DNA of 39,391 bases from an uncultured Caldilineaceae bacterium (GTDB lineage Bacteria > Chloroflexota > Anaerolineae > Caldilineales > Caldilineaceae). This document shows positions 39,303 through 39,391 of the stretch, in pieces. The stretch is taken from NCBI GenBank assembly GCA_964416395.1, contig CAYQEB010000025.1, positions 8,571 through 47,961 on the forward strand, in the 5' to 3' direction. The position numbers were made by a program, and so were the translations under genes. The notes below the pieces were generated by a model. It made no database searches and was not told where the DNA came from. It saw only the letters and a program-made list of their open reading frames with translations. Each line of letters starts with the position of its first letter. Position 1 is the stretch's first letter.

Positions 39303-39391
39303 ATGAGGCAAGAACATGCCAATAGCAGGATTCGCGCCCTGTCCATCCTGCTGGCCACGGTGACCACGTTTCTCCTGGCGACCAGCGGCGT
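39303..39391 (+). CDS. 5' fragment of an ORF encoding a protein with an N-terminal hydrophobic (signal/TM) segment; truncated by the window edge
   Basis: ATG at 39303, preceded by GGAGGA (39290-39295) at 7-nt spacing. MRQEHANSRIRALSILLATVTTFLLATSG... Confidence 0.45.
   Translation, partial: MRQEHANSRIRALSILLATVTTFLLATSG

Overview
The window is GC-rich chromosomal DNA, roughly two-thirds G+C by eye (not computed). It is densely coded, and most long ORFs in the track are antisense or out-of-frame shadows of about 29 real genes.

The plant-type MGDG synthase homologue and the overall protein set fit Chloroflexota. That placement is an inference.

Gene content from left to right:
1. A putative GT-C-like membrane protein co-oriented with a class A PBP, and a divergent GT4 glycosyltransferase.
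2. A LacI-linked glycan-utilisation locus on the minus strand: GH2 beta-glucuronidase, GH78-like enzyme, CE7 acetyl esterase, URO-D-family protein, two CUT1-type ABC permeases and a lipoprotein solute-binding protein.
3. A YihY/BrkB-family membrane protein, a membrane-anchored acidic HhH protein and a DUF2892 protein.
4. A xanthine-dehydrogenase-family molybdoenzyme with a separate FAD subunit and a fused FeS+Moco subunit.
5. A plus-strand four-gene glycosylation operon: GT4, GT4, polyprenyl-phosphate glycosyl-1-phosphate transferase and a plant-type MGDG synthase homologue.
6. A minus-strand run: msrP-msrQ, then cobB overlapping a small cytoplasmic SUOX-fold Mo protein, then a PhaR/phasin-like protein, a patatin-like lipase and a membrane-anchored clan GH-A hydrolase.
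7. A DUF2231 protein, a GT39/ArnT-like membrane glycosyltransferase and a truncated ORF at the right edge.

I found no rRNA, tRNA, CRISPR array, transposase, integrase or recognisable defence module, and no self-contained novel system I can defend.

The best leads are:
- Recurrent 7- and 14-nt-period tandem repeats confined to intergenic DNA. These include Shine-Dalgarno-like GGAGTTG heptamer arrays starting at or just after TAG stop codons.
- A triple 12-bp palindrome at the lacI promoter.
- The PhaR/phasin-like, patatin and hydrolase operon.
- The translationally overlapped cobB and SUOX-like pair.
- A URO-D-family protein of unknown role inside the glycan locus.
- The MGDG-synthase homologue co-operonic with a polyprenyl-phosphate priming transferase.

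All family assignments come from motifs read by eye and remembered family signatures. No searches were run.
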